A DNA stretch of 64,000 nt from a virus (Duplodnaviria; Caudoviricetes): IMG/VR virus record IMGVR_UViG_3300045015_000053; one strand, written 5' to 3'. The notes under the pieces were generated by a model. That model made no database searches, was not told the DNA's origin, and saw only the letters and a list, made by a program, of their open reading frames with translations. This document shows positions 63,032 to 64,000 of the stretch, in pieces. Each line of letters starts with the position of its first letter. Position 1 is the stretch's first letter. A program made the position numbers and the translations under genes.

Positions 63032-63370
63032 ATGCCGAAGCCGAACCCGCTGAACGAGATCCCCATCGCGCAGATCCTGTACCTGCACAAGATGTTCGGG
63101 GTCCAGCAAAAGGCAGAAAATCACGTTTCAATCGATTTTCTGCCCTATACTGTGCAGATCAAGTGGCTCGTCGCGGAGATGCTGAAGCGTTTCCCGAAGA
63201 GTCCGTGGACCGAAAAGCTCGTTTACCGTACCCTCATCCGGCTGCGGAAAGCGGACTTGGTCGGGAAGACCGAACGCGGCGGCAACGAACAGCCCCCGCA
63301 GTTCCCCGACGATAACGACCACGGCGGCGAGAACGAAAAACTCGTCTTCCAAGAAGAAGGCGAAGTCTAA
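63032..63370 (+). CDS. hypothetical protein, possibly winged helix
   Basis: LVYRTLIRLRKADLV. Confidence 0.7.
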   Translation: MPKPNPLNEIPIAQILYLHKMFGVQQKAENHVSIDFLPYTVQIKWLVAEMLKRFPKSPWTEKLVYRTLIRLRKADLVGKTERGGNEQPPQFPDDNDHGGENEKLVFQEEGEV

Positions 63371-63385
63371 CCAAGAAGGTGTCCC

Positions 63386-64000
63386 ATGTTCAAGTGGCTC
63401 AAGCGATGGTTCGGTATGGACGACGAACCCGTCCGAAGCGACGAGTTCGTCCGTCAAAAACAAGAATTCGACAAGCACAAGGCTCGCGTTGTCGAAACCT
63501 CAAGGACCGTCTCGAAGCCGGTTTCCATCCCGACGATTTCAACCGCCCCGAAGCCGCAATTACAGCCCTACGTCGGCCACGACGAAGCTGTCATCGTGGC
63601 CTGCTTCTTCAACCCCCAGAACTCGCCGTACCGCCTTCTGGCCTTCCAGAAGTGGTACAGCAGCATCAAGCACCTGAACCACCGCATCATCGAGTGCCTC
63701 ATCGGTGACGCCGAGAGCCAACTGCCGGAAAGCCCGTACATCACGCAGGTGACGACGGACTCCCTGCTGTGGCACAAGGAATCGCTGCTGAACAAGGTGA
63801 TCTCCGAACTGCCCTTCCAGTACAAGTACGTCTTCTGGCTGGACACGGACGTACTTTTCACCAACCCGAACTGGTTGGTCGAGGGGGTCGAGAAGCTCCA
63901 GACGGCCAAGATCATTCAGCCGTTCGAGTATTGCGTCCACCTCCAGAAGAACCAGACGGCTCCCGACTTCGATGTCAACCAGTACCGCTCGCTGGTCAAC
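63386..64000 (+). CDS. GT-A-fold glycosyltransferase-like protein (partial; runs off the window; absent from the ORF track)
   Basis: MFKWLKRWFG...; LWHKESLLN, YVFWLDTDVLF (DxD), IIQPF. Confidence 0.8.
   Translation, partial: MFKWLKRWFGMDDEPVRSDEFVRQKQEFDKHKARVVETSRTVSKPVSIPTISTAPKPQLQPYVGHDEAVIVACFFNPQNSPYRLLAFQKWYSSIKHLNHRIIECLIGDAESQLPESPYITQVTTDSLLWHKESLLNKVISELPFQYKYVFWLDTDVLFTNPNWLVEGVEKLQTAKIIQPFEYCVHLQKNQTAPDFDVNQYRSLVN

Noticed and set aside
1-64000. Genome-wide amber reassignment (code 15)
   Set aside because: TAG cleanly ends many genes (712, 6971, 7191, 26186, 26385, 27308, 43316, 44008, 53359, 56046, 58139, 62628, 63029), and long genes show no internal TAGs apart from the Pth2-like case.

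Overview
This window looks like part of a large, probably T4-like (myoviral or jumbo) phage genome with GC near 60%. The SmpB sequence style hints at a Planctomycetota host, but that is inference. About 100 densely packed genes run on the + strand behind sigma70-like promoters with a shared GTC-TATA(C/G)T-GAC box. They are interrupted by a few, mostly minus-strand, genes preceded by a T4-late-like YTAMATA box; several of these begin with a T4 capsid-targeting-like N-terminus. Recognisable functions: (1) RNA repair and counter-defence: Rnl1- and Rnl2-type ligases, Nudix, ADP-ribosylglycohydrolase, Apyc1-like MBL hydrolase. (2) Translation: SmpB, TrmH/SpoU, YqeY, a minimal ArgRS-like protein, a canonical amber tRNA(CUA), and a Pth2-like gene with an in-frame TAG at codon 11. 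(3) Regulation and DNA handling: sigma70-family factor, ParB-like protein, UvrD helicase with a class 3 LAGLIDADG intein, three HNH genes. (4) Modification enzymes: glycosyltransferases, methyltransferases, CoaD-ParB fusion. (5) A Tat-signal, catalytically dead gp21 protease homologue. (6) Two ORF-poor structured regions of about 330 nt and 640 nt that may be ncRNAs. The strongest candidate for a new system is an amber-gated ribosome-rescue module (tRNA-CUA, amber-interrupted Pth2, SmpB, ArgRS-like protein) in a genome that otherwise uses TAG as stop. Caveat: four or five single-base frameshifts suggest residual indel errors, so interrupted or fused ORFs need read-level checks. All calls come from motif recognition by eye; no searches were run.
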